A DNA stretch of 64,000 nt. Origin: an uncultured Verrucomicrobiae bacterium (lineage in GTDB: Bacteria > Verrucomicrobiota > Verrucomicrobiia > Limisphaerales > Palsa-1400). The stretch covers positions 1 to 64,000 of the forward strand of contig CAVPOM010000010.1 of the NCBI GenBank assembly GCA_963707025.1, in the 5' to 3' direction. The position numbers and the translations under genes are program-made. Below the pieces are notes generated by a model that was not told the DNA's origin, did not search any database, and saw nothing but the letters and a program-made list of their open reading frames with translations. The stretch's first letter is position 1. Each line of letters opens with the position of its first letter. This document shows positions 41,533 to 51,223 of this stretch, piece by piece.

Positions 41533-42087
41533 TCAAACATCCGGTCGCTCACTGCTTTTCTGTTTGGCCGCCCATTCCTCAAACTGCTTTCCCAAATCCT
41601 GTTCGAAGTGAGCGATCCCGTGTGAGATGGCCGCCAGATACTTTGGTTGCGCCCCGCTGAGCGGTTGCTGGCCGGTGATTAAATTGGCTTTGAGCGTGGT
41701 GATGGTCTGGCCGTAGGAACACGAATCATACCCCGTGATGGGATCAGTCCGACCCGTATAATCTGAATGGCGGACAAAAGCCCCGGTGGGAAATGATTCC
41801 GCCTCTCCGGCTCGGGCGGCAAAAATGATCGGATCGGAATCATAGACCTTCATGCCGGTCTTTTTCTCCACATCCACGCGCTGGGGAAGAATGGCCAGAT
41901 AGCTGGACGTGCCATCGCCGGACACGGCGACCACAGCGGAAGTGCATTTGGCAGCGAGCGTGGCCGGCAACGTGTCGGGGGGAAGCTGCTCGATCTGGTA
42001 AAAGGCAATCTGACCGTCGGCGACGTCCTTGCGGAGCAGCTTTACGGCTTCGATGCACTTCGTCATGTAACTCAGATCGTTGCTCAT
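41533..42087 (-). CDS. Hypothetical protein (184 aa) inside the RM operon
   Basis: ORF starting MSNDLSY 5 nt after the hsdS stop; no recognised motif. Confidence 0.65.
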   Translation of the reverse strand: MSNDLSYMTKCIEAVKLLRKDVADGQIAFYQIEQLPPDTLPATLAAKCTSAVVAVSGDGTSSYLAILPQRVDVEKKTGMKVYDSDPIIFAARAGEAESFPTGAFVRHSDYTGRTDPITGYDSCSYGQTITTLKANLITGQQPLSGAQPKYLAAISHGIAHFEQDLGKQFEEWAAKQKSSERPDV

Positions 42088-42092
42088 AAAAT

Positions 42093-44021
42093 CTAGGATG
42101 TTTGGCCTGCTTCCGTGGCGCACTTCGCGGTTGGTTTGCCAGAACCGGTTGGCACGAAGCCTTCCTTGCGCATCCATTCGAGAGCTTTGCGCCAGCGCGA
42201 TTCCGGCACTTGTTTTTTGCGGTCGTGCCAGCGATGCAAAATCTCGTGGACGATGGCGTCGTCGGTGACGGTCTTGCGCCAGATGAGGAGGTCGTTCCAC
42301 GCGGCGTAGGCGGTGGAGAAGATTTCGCAACGTTCCGTGTCCCAGGAGCGCATCAGATCAATGATCCGCTGAATGACAGGCAGCTTGTCTTGCCAATACT
42401 TTTCGACGTAGGCGCGGTGTCCGCCCGCCTTTTCCAGCGGGCGATAGCCGTGGCCGAACTTCTCTCGCGCGTATTCAGCAAACCACTTTTGTTTCTTCAA
42501 CTCGGCCTCGACGGAATAAATGAGTTTGTTGTCCAGCGGGCCGGCGGCTTCGCGATGATATTCGCCTTGGATTTCCTCGATGCCGCCGATGTATTCGCAG
42601 AGGTGGAGGATCTTCTGGTGCTTGATTCGACCGAACGTCGGCTCAGTATGGAGTTGATGCACGATTTCGGCGGACAGCAGAGCGCGAGCAAAATGGCGAT
42701 TGGGACGCGGGAATGAAACAACTTCGACCGACGTTTGCCGCACGTCCATCTTGCCAGTGACGGTGGCGGCGATAAGCGCGGTGCGGTATTCCTTCATCAG
42801 CTCGATTTCCTGTTCGGCGGTAGCGATTGCTGTGGCGACGTTCTCGGATTGCCCGGCGATAAATCTGACGATCGCGTCCTGTTCCTCGGGGGGTGGAAAT
42901 ACGGAGGGAAGGCGTCCAAATGCATCTGCGTAGAGGCGCAAAAAACCTTCGACCATGCCGGTTGATGACGTTTTGAAAGAAGCAACGAACGCTCCCGTGT
43001 GAAAAAGATGATCGTAATAGTTCACATTGAGGCGCACGCGCGGTCGGAGCACCGTATAATCCGGGCTCACAAGTCCCCTCTGCTTCGCGACAGCAAAAAC
43101 CCCTATGTGCGCTTTCAACTTGTTCAGCACCAAGTCGCCAATGTCGCAGATTTTGCAACCCTCAAAGGTGGCGGATTGTGTCGAACGCTCTTGCATTTCT
43201 GACGTGGGAATCAACCCGTGCTTTTGGCTCATCGACAGCTTGGTTTCCAAACCGGTTTCAGACCGGTTGTTAATTTCTCGAAACAAATGCTTGTTTCTGA
43301 TGATCTGCCAATGATTCGGGATGTCCCCGACGAAGGGGATGCCAGATGGTTTACGTGGCGCGTTGGGATTGATCCCGCGCATAACGACGCGGCTAATCAG
43401 CGCAGTCCTTTGTTCCTTGAGCAGCTCAATGATGCGCTGCTTGTTGGTGATGAACGATTGAATCTCCCGTTCAGTCGCTTCAAGGAAAGCCACGATAGCG
43501 TCTTGTTGCGATAAGGGAGGCTCAGGAAACACTGCCGAACTTAGGTCATGTTGGGACAAACCGTAACGCGTGATACCGTTCGCCGCCACGTGGAATTGTT
43601 CTCTGATTCCAGAAGCCATGAATGAGTAAGTGAGAAATTTTCCATTTAGTGCTGCTGGTTTTGGACGGACTTGTGCAAGATGGTAACCGCAAATGACGCC
43701 TTCGAGATCGGCAGGAACATATGCAGGAACAGCAATGTCGTTCCACATTTCCGAGTCTTTCGTTACCAGGACATCACCCGCTCGCAGCGCAAACTTGGCA
43801 ATTTCATCGGGCGTTGCTGTAGCGGGCATGAAATCAAGGTCGTGCGTGATTTTCTTGTTGTAGTAGACATCCGTGTAGTTGCAGAGCCGGATTGGAATCT
43901 CCTCAGCTTCGGTGTTTTTGTCCACGTTGCTGAATTGGAGGGAAGCCAAATACTTTAGCTTTTTCGCCTGCCAGCCGGTTGGCATTTCCGTTTTCCAAGA
44001 ACTGTGGGAAGATACGGTCAT
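42093..44021 (-). CDS. hsdS: Type I RM specificity subunit S with extra C-terminal domain
   Basis: Two TRDs with PPLSQQDAIV and PPPEEQDAIV conserved regions ending ATVTGKMDV, followed by ~210 extra residues. Confidence 0.9.
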   Translation of the reverse strand: MTVSSHSSWKTEMPTGWQAKKLKYLASLQFSNVDKNTEAEEIPIRLCNYTDVYYNKKITHDLDFMPATATPDEIAKFALRAGDVLVTKDSEMWNDIAVPAYVPADLEGVICGYHLAQVRPKPAALNGKFLTYSFMASGIREQFHVAANGITRYGLSQHDLSSAVFPEPPLSQQDAIVAFLEATEREIQSFITNKQRIIELLKEQRTALISRVVMRGINPNAPRKPSGIPFVGDIPNHWQIIRNKHLFREINNRSETGLETKLSMSQKHGLIPTSEMQERSTQSATFEGCKICDIGDLVLNKLKAHIGVFAVAKQRGLVSPDYTVLRPRVRLNVNYYDHLFHTGAFVASFKTSSTGMVEGFLRLYADAFGRLPSVFPPPEEQDAIVRFIAGQSENVATAIATAEQEIELMKEYRTALIAATVTGKMDVRQTSVEVVSFPRPNRHFARALLSAEIVHQLHTEPTFGRIKHQKILHLCEYIGGIEEIQGEYHREAAGPLDNKLIYSVEAELKKQKWFAEYAREKFGHGYRPLEKAGGHRAYVEKYWQDKLPVIQRIIDLMRSWDTERCEIFSTAYAAWNDLLIWRKTVTDDAIVHEILHRWHDRKKQVPESRWRKALEWMRKEGFVPTGSGKPTAKCATEAGQTS

Positions 44022-46159
44022 GCCTCTTCCTCCGCCGTTAGGATGATTTGTTTTAGCAGACCTTCTGTTTTCTTCTCAAGGTTCACCAAGTCGGTGGTTA
44101 TATCGGCGAGTTCACGGAGTGGCTGGTAACGGTAGAAAAACTTTGGGAAAGAAACCTCGTAGCCCTTTACGGTTTTCTTCGGGTTGATCCATGCGTCGGA
44201 GACGTGCGGCAAGACTTCACGTTTGAAATAGTCCGCGATGGTGTCCTTGAGCGGCACGTTCTCGTGGTCGCGGAGTTCAGGGTCAGGCTCGTAACGAACG
44301 TGACCGCCCTCTGCTTCAAACAATCCTTCGTGCCGCGCTTTTTCCCAATCGTAATCCGGCGGAATGTCGAGCAGCATCGGGCCTTCGGCGATGACGGGTT
44401 TGGCCGTCTCATCCCGTTGGCAGAAACCATCGCGGAACAGCCGCTCGCGTTTGGCGTTCAGTTTCACGCCCCGTTCCTTGGCTTTGGTTTTCACCTCGCC
44501 CCATGCCAAATTGAAATCGTCAAACATGGCCGGGCCAGCCTCCTTGAAAACGGCTTCGATCAGTTTGAGGAAAGCGTCGTCGTCAGCTTCGGCGCAGGCC
44601 GGGCGGAAACGTTTCATCCCGGCGACGGTGAAATCCACACGCAGGCGCAACGGTCGTTCGACAGTGATTTGCCAGTAGCCGAAATCGGCATTGTCGAAAA
44701 TCTTGGACTGCTCCGTTTCCTTGAAATCGAGGAAAGTGCGGATGATCTGGTCAATCTGCTCGTCGCTGAACTTGCAGTTTTTCTGGCCGAGATTCTTGCG
44801 CAGCTTGGTGAACCATTGCGTGGCGTCAATCAGTTGAACCTTGCCGCGCCGGTTCTTCGGCTTCCGGTTCGTCAGCACCCAGATGTAGGTGGCGATGCCG
44901 GTGTTGTAGAACAGGTTTTCCGGCAGGCCGATGATGGCTTCGAGCCAGTCGTTTTCCAGAATCCACTGGCGGATGTTGCTCTCGCCCTGGCCGGCGTCGC
45001 CGGTGAAAAGGGCCGAGCCGTTGTGGACGGTCGCGACGCGGCTGCCAATGGGCGACTTGGGGTCGTCCTTCATCTTGCTGAGCATGTTCGCCAGGAACAT
45101 GAGCTGGCCGTCGCTGGAGCGGGTGACGAGGGAAAATTCGTTGTTGCCGTCGTGACTGACGACGAAGCGCGGGTCGCGCATCTCGCCCTTGTCGCCGCCG
45201 CAAAGCCGGTCGAGGTCGGTTTTCCAGCTTTTGCCGTAGGGCGGATTGGCGGCCATGAAGTTAAATTGCAGCCGTTGGAAGGCATCGGCGCTGAGGGTCG
45301 AGCCGAACGCGATGTTGCCTTCGTCCTCGCCTTTGATGAGCAAGTCGGCTTTGCAGATGGCGTAGGTTTCCGGGTTCACCTCCTGGCCATAGAGATGAAT
45401 GCTCACGTCCTTGCCGAGTTCCTCGGCGATCTGGCGGAGCATGAAATCGAACTCGGTCAGCATGCCGCCCGTGCCGCACGTTGGATCGTAGAGCAGATAC
45501 GTGCCGCTGGTGATCTGCTTCTTGATGGGCAGCAAAATCAGGCCGCCCATGAGATGCACCACGTCGCGCGGTGTGAAGTGTTCGCCAGCTTCCTCGTTGT
45601 TTTCCTCACTAAACCGCCGGAGCAACTCCTCATACACGGCGCTCATGCCGTGATTCGTCAGGCCGGGCAACCGCTCCTTGCCCTCGCCGTCGAGGACGGG
45701 CTGCGGGCTGAGGTTGATGTCGGAATCGAGAAACTTGGTGATGAGATGGCCAAGCACGTCGGACTCATCGAGTTTCTTGAGCTGGTTGCGGAAATCGAAT
45801 TTCTCAATGATCTCGCCGACGTTGGGCGAAAAGCCGTCGAGGTAATCGGTGAAGTTGGCGCGGAGTTGCTTGGGGTTGTCGAGCAGGCGGCGTAGTGTGA
45901 ACTGCGACGTGTTGTAAAATGAATGCTTGGAGATTTTGCGGAGCGCGGCTTCTTGATGGGCAATCTTCGCCTTGTCGAGCTGTGCCTTCATTTTGAGCAC
46001 AGCCTCCTTGGTCGGTTCAAGCAGGGCGTCGAGGCGGCGAATGACGGTCATCGGCAGGATGACGTCGCGATATTTGCCGCGCACGTAAACGTCGCGGAGC
46101 ACGTCGTCGGCGATGCCCCAAAGGAAACTGACGATACCGTTGTGTTGCGTGGGGTCCAT
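44018..46159 (-). CDS. hsdM: Type I RM N6-adenine methyltransferase subunit M
   Basis: GEHFTPRDVV, YDPTCGTGGML, NPPY, LFYNTGIATY. Confidence 0.96.
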   Translation of the reverse strand: MDPTQHNGIVSFLWGIADDVLRDVYVRGKYRDVILPMTVIRRLDALLEPTKEAVLKMKAQLDKAKIAHQEAALRKISKHSFYNTSQFTLRRLLDNPKQLRANFTDYLDGFSPNVGEIIEKFDFRNQLKKLDESDVLGHLITKFLDSDINLSPQPVLDGEGKERLPGLTNHGMSAVYEELLRRFSEENNEEAGEHFTPRDVVHLMGGLILLPIKKQITSGTYLLYDPTCGTGGMLTEFDFMLRQIAEELGKDVSIHLYGQEVNPETYAICKADLLIKGEDEGNIAFGSTLSADAFQRLQFNFMAANPPYGKSWKTDLDRLCGGDKGEMRDPRFVVSHDGNNEFSLVTRSSDGQLMFLANMLSKMKDDPKSPIGSRVATVHNGSALFTGDAGQGESNIRQWILENDWLEAIIGLPENLFYNTGIATYIWVLTNRKPKNRRGKVQLIDATQWFTKLRKNLGQKNCKFSDEQIDQIIRTFLDFKETEQSKIFDNADFGYWQITVERPLRLRVDFTVAGMKRFRPACAEADDDAFLKLIEAVFKEAGPAMFDDFNLAWGEVKTKAKERGVKLNAKRERLFRDGFCQRDETAKPVIAEGPMLLDIPPDYDWEKARHEGLFEAEGGHVRYEPDPELRDHENVPLKDTIADYFKREVLPHVSDAWINPKKTVKGYEVSFPKFFYRYQPLRELADITTDLVNLEKKTEGLLKQIILTAEEEA

Positions 46160-46385
46160 TATGAGCAAAGGAGAAAAGTGTTGCCGCCGCGCCGCCGCAG
46201 TTGCTGCCGCCCGCCAGTCGGAAAAGATGTGGTCGCGTTACCCATGACAAAGAGTCCAGTGAGTATGCTCAACACGGCACGAGTTGTCACGATGGGAACA
46301 CAGGCCAGCCAAAGGCGGGGGACGGGCCAATGGCCAGCGTCATGGCGCGAAGCGGAGGTCGCTCCGGTGACGACAAGCGCGAAGG

Positions 46386-48011
46386 CTACATGTAGAACTT
46401 GTATTTCGTCCCGGGCTGAACGTCCTTCGGAAGTTCAGTCAGGATTTTTCCAACGTCACGCGCGAATCGGATGGTGATGGGAATGCCACTGCCAAAGGCA
46501 CAGCTATTCCAATTGAGCTTGGTCAGGGCGAGAATTTCCTGGCAGACCGTCACTGCCGGAGAATCACCGTGATGTTCGATCACCTCCAAGGGGCGAGGGA
46601 TGCGTTTCCCCGGATAGCTTCTCAGATAGGGAACGTAGCCGTTGCAATAGATGAGATAATTTCGCCGCCCGAGTTGAATCACTGTTCCCCGCAGTGGCGG
46701 CCTTTTACCCACCCGCATGAAGCGAGTCTCGCGGGATTCCAAGGCAAGAAAGTCGTAGTAGTAGATTCCCGCGAGCGCCTTTCGCATCCCTCGCAGTTCT
46801 TCCGGCCAGTAACGGGAAGTCTTGTGAACGACGACGCGCTTGGGCGGCGCATTGTGCTGAAGCGTGTAGGACTGAATGGCGCGCGCGAGAAGTTTCTCCG
46901 CGCCGTCCTCGCTGAGATGGGGTTTGCGATCACGCTCCTTGTTGAACACGGCTTTCTCGCCTTTGAGCACAATGCCTTCGCCCGCACCGAATACCTGCGC
47001 CAGGCTGGTTTGCATGTCCGCTCCGATGCGCGGGCTTTCCTTGAAGAACGAAATGCCGACGTAACAGGTGTTGTCGGGCAGCGATTGCAGTCGCCACGGA
47101 TTGTTTCCGGCTTTGTAATAGAGCGCGGTGAAAAGATTCCATGCCACGGAGGCTGGGTTTGAATCCTTCAGAGTGCTTTCCCACACCACCTGGGTTGTGA
47201 AGCCCGTTCGCATGGCGTGGGCTTTGAGCGCATGATGGATATTGAAAAAACCATTGTGGGACGAAGAATCCGTCTGGTCCGTCGTATCGAAGTCCAGCCC
47301 GAGAATCGTCTGTCCGGTTGCGGCCGCTTCGCGCTGCAATGAGCGCTGGAATCGTTGCTGCGGCGACAGGCGGACTCTCTGGCGTGCGAACACATCGCCG
47401 ATGGCAGCGCACGCCGCTTCAACCGAGGGCGGCATTACGAGAACAACGACATCAGGCGTCGGACTTAAATCTTGCAGGGCAGATAGCTGGTCAACGACAA
47501 GTTTCACAACGGCCTCAATCCGTGACTGTTCTTTGTGCTCCGCCGCCGCTCGCGCAAAAAGCTCCTCGTGGATGACTTTCAGGTGCGACGGATTATCGGC
47601 GACAAAGGATGCCCGGAATGTGTGGTCGGGGGAGCAGCCGGGGAAATCGGGGAAACAATGCGGATCGAGCGGCTTCCCGCGTGTGTTGAAACCGGCGGAA
47701 ATTCGGGACTGACATTTTTGGAGGAAATTGAGAAAGGTCTGAATCCCGTCACCTGTGCCAATCACCCCAAAGCGTATTGTTTTGATCGTCGCAGTCTGCC
47801 AGCCAAACGGCCCGTGACTTTCCAACCCGGCTTTCGGATCAACGGACAACAAGCCATCGCCAAAAACGAGCTTGGGCTCTTCCAGGTAAAACGCGCTGAA
47901 AGCAGGCGGGTTGGTGCGGATCAGTTCATCCAAGAATCTTGGTTTCCCATGTCCATCTCTTCGTTGCGAATGCGACCGGTGCGACGGCTTATTCAAACGA
48001 GGTGTCGTCAT
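46386..48011 (-). CDS. ago: Short prokaryotic Argonaute (MID-PIWI)
   Basis: LEEPKLVFG, GPF, ALYYKAGNNPW, CYVGISF, VVVHKTS, ILALTKLNWN, PITIRFA; no N/PAZ domains. Confidence 0.93.
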   Translation of the reverse strand: MTTPRLNKPSHRSHSQRRDGHGKPRFLDELIRTNPPAFSAFYLEEPKLVFGDGLLSVDPKAGLESHGPFGWQTATIKTIRFGVIGTGDGIQTFLNFLQKCQSRISAGFNTRGKPLDPHCFPDFPGCSPDHTFRASFVADNPSHLKVIHEELFARAAAEHKEQSRIEAVVKLVVDQLSALQDLSPTPDVVVLVMPPSVEAACAAIGDVFARQRVRLSPQQRFQRSLQREAAATGQTILGLDFDTTDQTDSSSHNGFFNIHHALKAHAMRTGFTTQVVWESTLKDSNPASVAWNLFTALYYKAGNNPWRLQSLPDNTCYVGISFFKESPRIGADMQTSLAQVFGAGEGIVLKGEKAVFNKERDRKPHLSEDGAEKLLARAIQSYTLQHNAPPKRVVVHKTSRYWPEELRGMRKALAGIYYYDFLALESRETRFMRVGKRPPLRGTVIQLGRRNYLIYCNGYVPYLRSYPGKRIPRPLEVIEHHGDSPAVTVCQEILALTKLNWNSCAFGSGIPITIRFARDVGKILTELPKDVQPGTKYKFYM

Positions 48012-49428
48012 CTTCTTCGTCTCCTTTGTCGGCGTCTTTGCCGTCGGTTTGAATTTCAATGGCAGCTTTTTCAAGGTCGGCGTCGTCCTGTGCCAATAGC
48101 GCCTTGATTCTGATTTCGTCAAAAGCAACGCCGCGATCCAACTGGGCCGAGGCTGGAATGGGACTGAGGATAATCGGCTTGTCGCCCGTCCTGATTCGGA
48201 TGGATTTTTCGTTTTCTGCGAGGACTGCGCCCCAGAACAGAAGATTCCGCAAGACATCCGGATTTTGTTGTCGACCGCCCCAAAGCAGCGAAAGTTTGCC
48301 CGCGTTCTTTCCAGCAACTGTCAGACTGCCGTCACTGGTAAAAAGATAAAGCGGTTCGACCGACAGAAAGAGCTTTTCACCCACCCGTTTGAATTTGATG
48401 CGCGCGGCATGATGAACCCAAAAACTGGTCAGTGTGGCTGGGTTTTCCTTCTTGGCAGCAACCGTCCGGGCTCGTCCCTCCCGCATTTGCCACTTCCGCT
48501 CGGTGTTGTCCTTGCCGGGAGTGAAGAAGAAACGCCCTTTGCCGTCCTGCTTGATGTGCTGCAACCAAAGGTGCTTGGACAAGCTCGAATTCAGCAGGGC
48601 CATGAGCCAAGTGGTCCTGTCGTCACGAATGAACCAGTCGTGGCGGGATTCAGGTTTTCCGATGGTGTTAGCATCAACCGCCTCTCTCAGTCGGGTTTCA
48701 GGTGCGCTGAGGTTGGCAAAGGTGTAGAGGCGCTTGTCGCGCAAAATAAACGGCTCGGCCTTGGAAACGACTTCCCAAACCTCCTTCTTTTCCCGGAATT
48801 TTGTGGCGGCGCTCCAAATCTGGCTGGGAAGCGCAACCACGGGGAACAAGTTTGAAAGCAACAGATCCGCCACGTTGTCCGGCAACCAGGAAACTTCAGG
48901 TTGCGCTGTGACGGGTAAAATCGGAGCGCTCGCAGCCAGCGGCGGAAGCCTGCGCCCCCGCTCCTGCGGCAGATTCCGAACCCGGCGAATCAACTCGACG
49001 AAACCTCTTTTGAATTCGCCAGGCTTGCGGCAATCAATGTAACGCAAGTCACGGAATGGGGCGCACAAATCAATGCGTTCTCCGCCATCCGCGCTTCGAT
49101 CCCGAAGCAGGATTGGAATGAGGCGTCCTTGAGAATTGTTTGGGTCTTGAGCAACGATGTGTTTCCACTCGAAGCGTGGCCAGTCGGCTTTGAGGAATTC
49201 AGGCGACAGCACCGCGATGACATGCCGCGCGGACTTCATGCCTTCGTTCATCCGATCAATCAGGCTTTGTCCGGGTGCAATGTCCCATTTATCGAAGAAT
49301 GCCGTCAGGTGGCGCGATGCCTCGTTTCCGTCAATGGTTTCCGACTCGATTTGCTCGGCCAGACGCTTGACCCAATCGAGGTCCGCTCCGTTGTAGCAGA
49401 TGTAAACGTCCTTCTGTTCCATGCTCAT
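47989..49428 (-). CDS. TIR-APAZ protein (SPARTA partner)
   Basis: DVYICYNGAD, FFDKWDIAPG, LSPEFLKADWPRFEW TIR motifs with catalytic-position Glu; LLLSNLFPV starts an APAZ-like domain; overlaps the pAgo start. Confidence 0.9.
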   Translation of the reverse strand: MSMEQKDVYICYNGADLDWVKRLAEQIESETIDGNEASRHLTAFFDKWDIAPGQSLIDRMNEGMKSARHVIAVLSPEFLKADWPRFEWKHIVAQDPNNSQGRLIPILLRDRSADGGERIDLCAPFRDLRYIDCRKPGEFKRGFVELIRRVRNLPQERGRRLPPLAASAPILPVTAQPEVSWLPDNVADLLLSNLFPVVALPSQIWSAATKFREKKEVWEVVSKAEPFILRDKRLYTFANLSAPETRLREAVDANTIGKPESRHDWFIRDDRTTWLMALLNSSLSKHLWLQHIKQDGKGRFFFTPGKDNTERKWQMREGRARTVAAKKENPATLTSFWVHHAARIKFKRVGEKLFLSVEPLYLFTSDGSLTVAGKNAGKLSLLWGGRQQNPDVLRNLLFWGAVLAENEKSIRIRTGDKPIILSPIPASAQLDRGVAFDEIRIKALLAQDDADLEKAAIEIQTDGKDADKGDEEDDDTSFE

Positions 49429-49459
49429 CAAATGCCTCGGTGTTTCTATCACAACCAAA

Positions 49460-49885
49460 TTATTCCCTGTCGGGATTCGTTGACCCGGCCAGGTGTCCTC
49501 CTGCAAGAGCACCGATGAATGCGCCGACTGGTCCGCCTACGGCGAAACCAACCGCGCCGCCGCCCATTGCGCCGAGAATCGCGTTCTCCGTTTTCGCCTG
49601 TTTCCGTCTCTCCGGCGACAATGGTGCGCGAGTTTTTCCGTTCCAGCCGCGGGCGGTCCGGGTGGTTTTGTTGCTCTTGTCGCCGTTACAGGTCACACAA
49701 GCGGCAAAGAGATTGTTGGGGTGGTCTGTGCCGCCTTTGGAGCGGGGCACGGAGTGTTCGACATGCCACGCGCCTCGCTTTCCCGGTTGCCCGTAATTCT
49801 TGAGGGATAGTTTCGCGTGACACAAATGGCAGTAGCCGCAGGTGCGCCGATAAATGCGGGTCAATACCTGTTGGTCGAATGGCAT
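49460..49885 (-). CDS. HNH endonuclease with C-terminal glycine zipper
   Basis: CHLC, WHVEHSVPRSKGG, NNLFAACVTCNGDK; tail GAMGGGAVGFAVGGPVGAFIGALAGG. Confidence 0.85.
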   Translation of the reverse strand: MPFDQQVLTRIYRRTCGYCHLCHAKLSLKNYGQPGKRGAWHVEHSVPRSKGGTDHPNNLFAACVTCNGDKSNKTTRTARGWNGKTRAPLSPERRKQAKTENAILGAMGGGAVGFAVGGPVGAFIGALAGGHLAGSTNPDRE

Positions 49886-49890
49886 AAGTG

Positions 49891-50112
49891 TCAGCCTCTC
49901 GGCGGGAACGGATCGTTCCCATAACTGTTCTTGTCGCGTATCTTGCCGTCCTCGCCGTGGATGACGACTTCACTGCGTTGGTTTTGCGCAATTTCGCGAG
50001 CCCGTTCAATAGCTTGGTGCTGCGTCGGATGAACTGATGTGTCGCGGCTGTTGCCTTCGCCAACCACTGCCCATCCACCCGTTCTTTTGACTACATGTTG
50101 ATTGATCTTCAT
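49891..50112 (-). CDS. DUF2188-family small protein
   Basis: QHVV...GGWAV...TQHQAIERAR...EVVIHGEDGKIRDKNSYGNDP. Confidence 0.85.
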   Translation of the reverse strand: MKINQHVVKRTGGWAVVGEGNSRDTSVHPTQHQAIERAREIAQNQRSEVVIHGEDGKIRDKNSYGNDPFPPRG

Positions 50113-50218
50113 GATGATGTTTCGTTTGTTCTCGCTTCCTCGTGCGACTCGCAGAAGAAAGCACTTTTTAATCTTTCGGTGGAAGAATACGCTGGGGACT
50201 GAGACATCCGCTGTCCCT

Positions 50219-51223
50219 GTGAAAAAAAAGTCGAAAATAATTCAGGCAATCGCCACGCGGCCTCAAGTGGAGCGGATGCACGCCATTATCCGTCGGATTC
50301 AGAAAGGCGATTACCCAAGCAGACCGGTTTTGGCCGAGGAGCTTGGATGGACCACCAGAACGATTCAGCGGGACATTACCTTCATGCAGAATCGTGAGGG
50401 AATGCCGATTGAATACGATTTCTCCCGACACGGCTATTATCTCACCGAAAAGTTGGCGGACTTTCCGCTCCTCCAGATTTCGGAGGGTGAAATTGTGGCC
50501 TTGTTCGTGGCCCAAAGAGCGATGGCGCAGTATCGAGGAACTCCATTTGAGCAACCGCTTCGGGTTGCGTGTGAAAAGCTGATGGAGGGGTTGAAAGGGC
50601 AATTCTCCGTCGCCTGGGGCGATTTGGACTCGGCTATCTCGTTTCGGAATATCGAGACGAACCCGGTGGACATCAGGATATTCAAAGACTTGAGCTTTGC
50701 GGTGCAACACAGCCGAGAAGTGGTTTTCGACTACTGCAAGCTGGGCACAAAGAGCTTTGAAACGCGCAATCTCAGGCCATACCACCTGACTTGCATCAAT
50801 TACCAGTGGTATGTTCTCGGGCACGATACACTGCGCAAGGAGGTGCGCCGTTTTGTTCTCGGAAGGATGCAGTCGCTGCGCGTGCTCGATACGACATTCT
50901 CCCGTCCAAGAAACTTTTCGGCCGACAAGTGTTTGAAGGGCAGTTTCGGCGTGTTCTCAGGCGACAAGCCAATTGAAATCCGGATTTGGTTCAGCTCGTT
51001 CGCGGCGCGTCTGGTGCGGGAACGACAGTGGCATCATTCGCAAGAAATCAAGCAACTGGCCGATGACGAAATCGAACTCCGGCTCACACTCACGAGCATA
51101 GTCGAAGTATCGCAGTGGATTTTGAGTTGGGGAGATCACGCAAAAGCCCTTGCCCCGGTGGAGCTTGTTGATTCCATCACAAAAACACTCCGCGAAAGCA
51201 TCAAGCGCTACGGTGCGGCCTGA
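50219..51223 (+). CDS. WYL-domain transcriptional regulator (wHTH-WYL-WCX)
   Basis: LAEELGWTTRTIQRDI, RNLRPYHL...WYVLGHD...RRFVLGRM, WILSWG; probable GTG start at 50219. Confidence 0.92.
   Translation: MKKKSKIIQAIATRPQVERMHAIIRRIQKGDYPSRPVLAEELGWTTRTIQRDITFMQNREGMPIEYDFSRHGYYLTEKLADFPLLQISEGEIVALFVAQRAMAQYRGTPFEQPLRVACEKLMEGLKGQFSVAWGDLDSAISFRNIETNPVDIRIFKDLSFAVQHSREVVFDYCKLGTKSFETRNLRPYHLTCINYQWYVLGHDTLRKEVRRFVLGRMQSLRVLDTTFSRPRNFSADKCLKGSFGVFSGDKPIEIRIWFSSFAARLVRERQWHHSQEIKQLADDEIELRLTLTSIVEVSQWILSWGDHAKALAPVELVDSITKTLRESIKRYGAA

Noticed and set aside
44204..45895. Long plus-strand ORFs antisense to real genes (also 22198-23553, 17009-18166, 51727-53124)
   Set aside because: Shadow ORFs from GC-rich codon bias opposite well-supported genes; no motifs.
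48012..48317. N-terminal extension of the Argonaute (643-aa ORF)
   Set aside because: It overlaps the TIR-APAZ coding region; the ATG at 48011 gives a typical short pAgo length.
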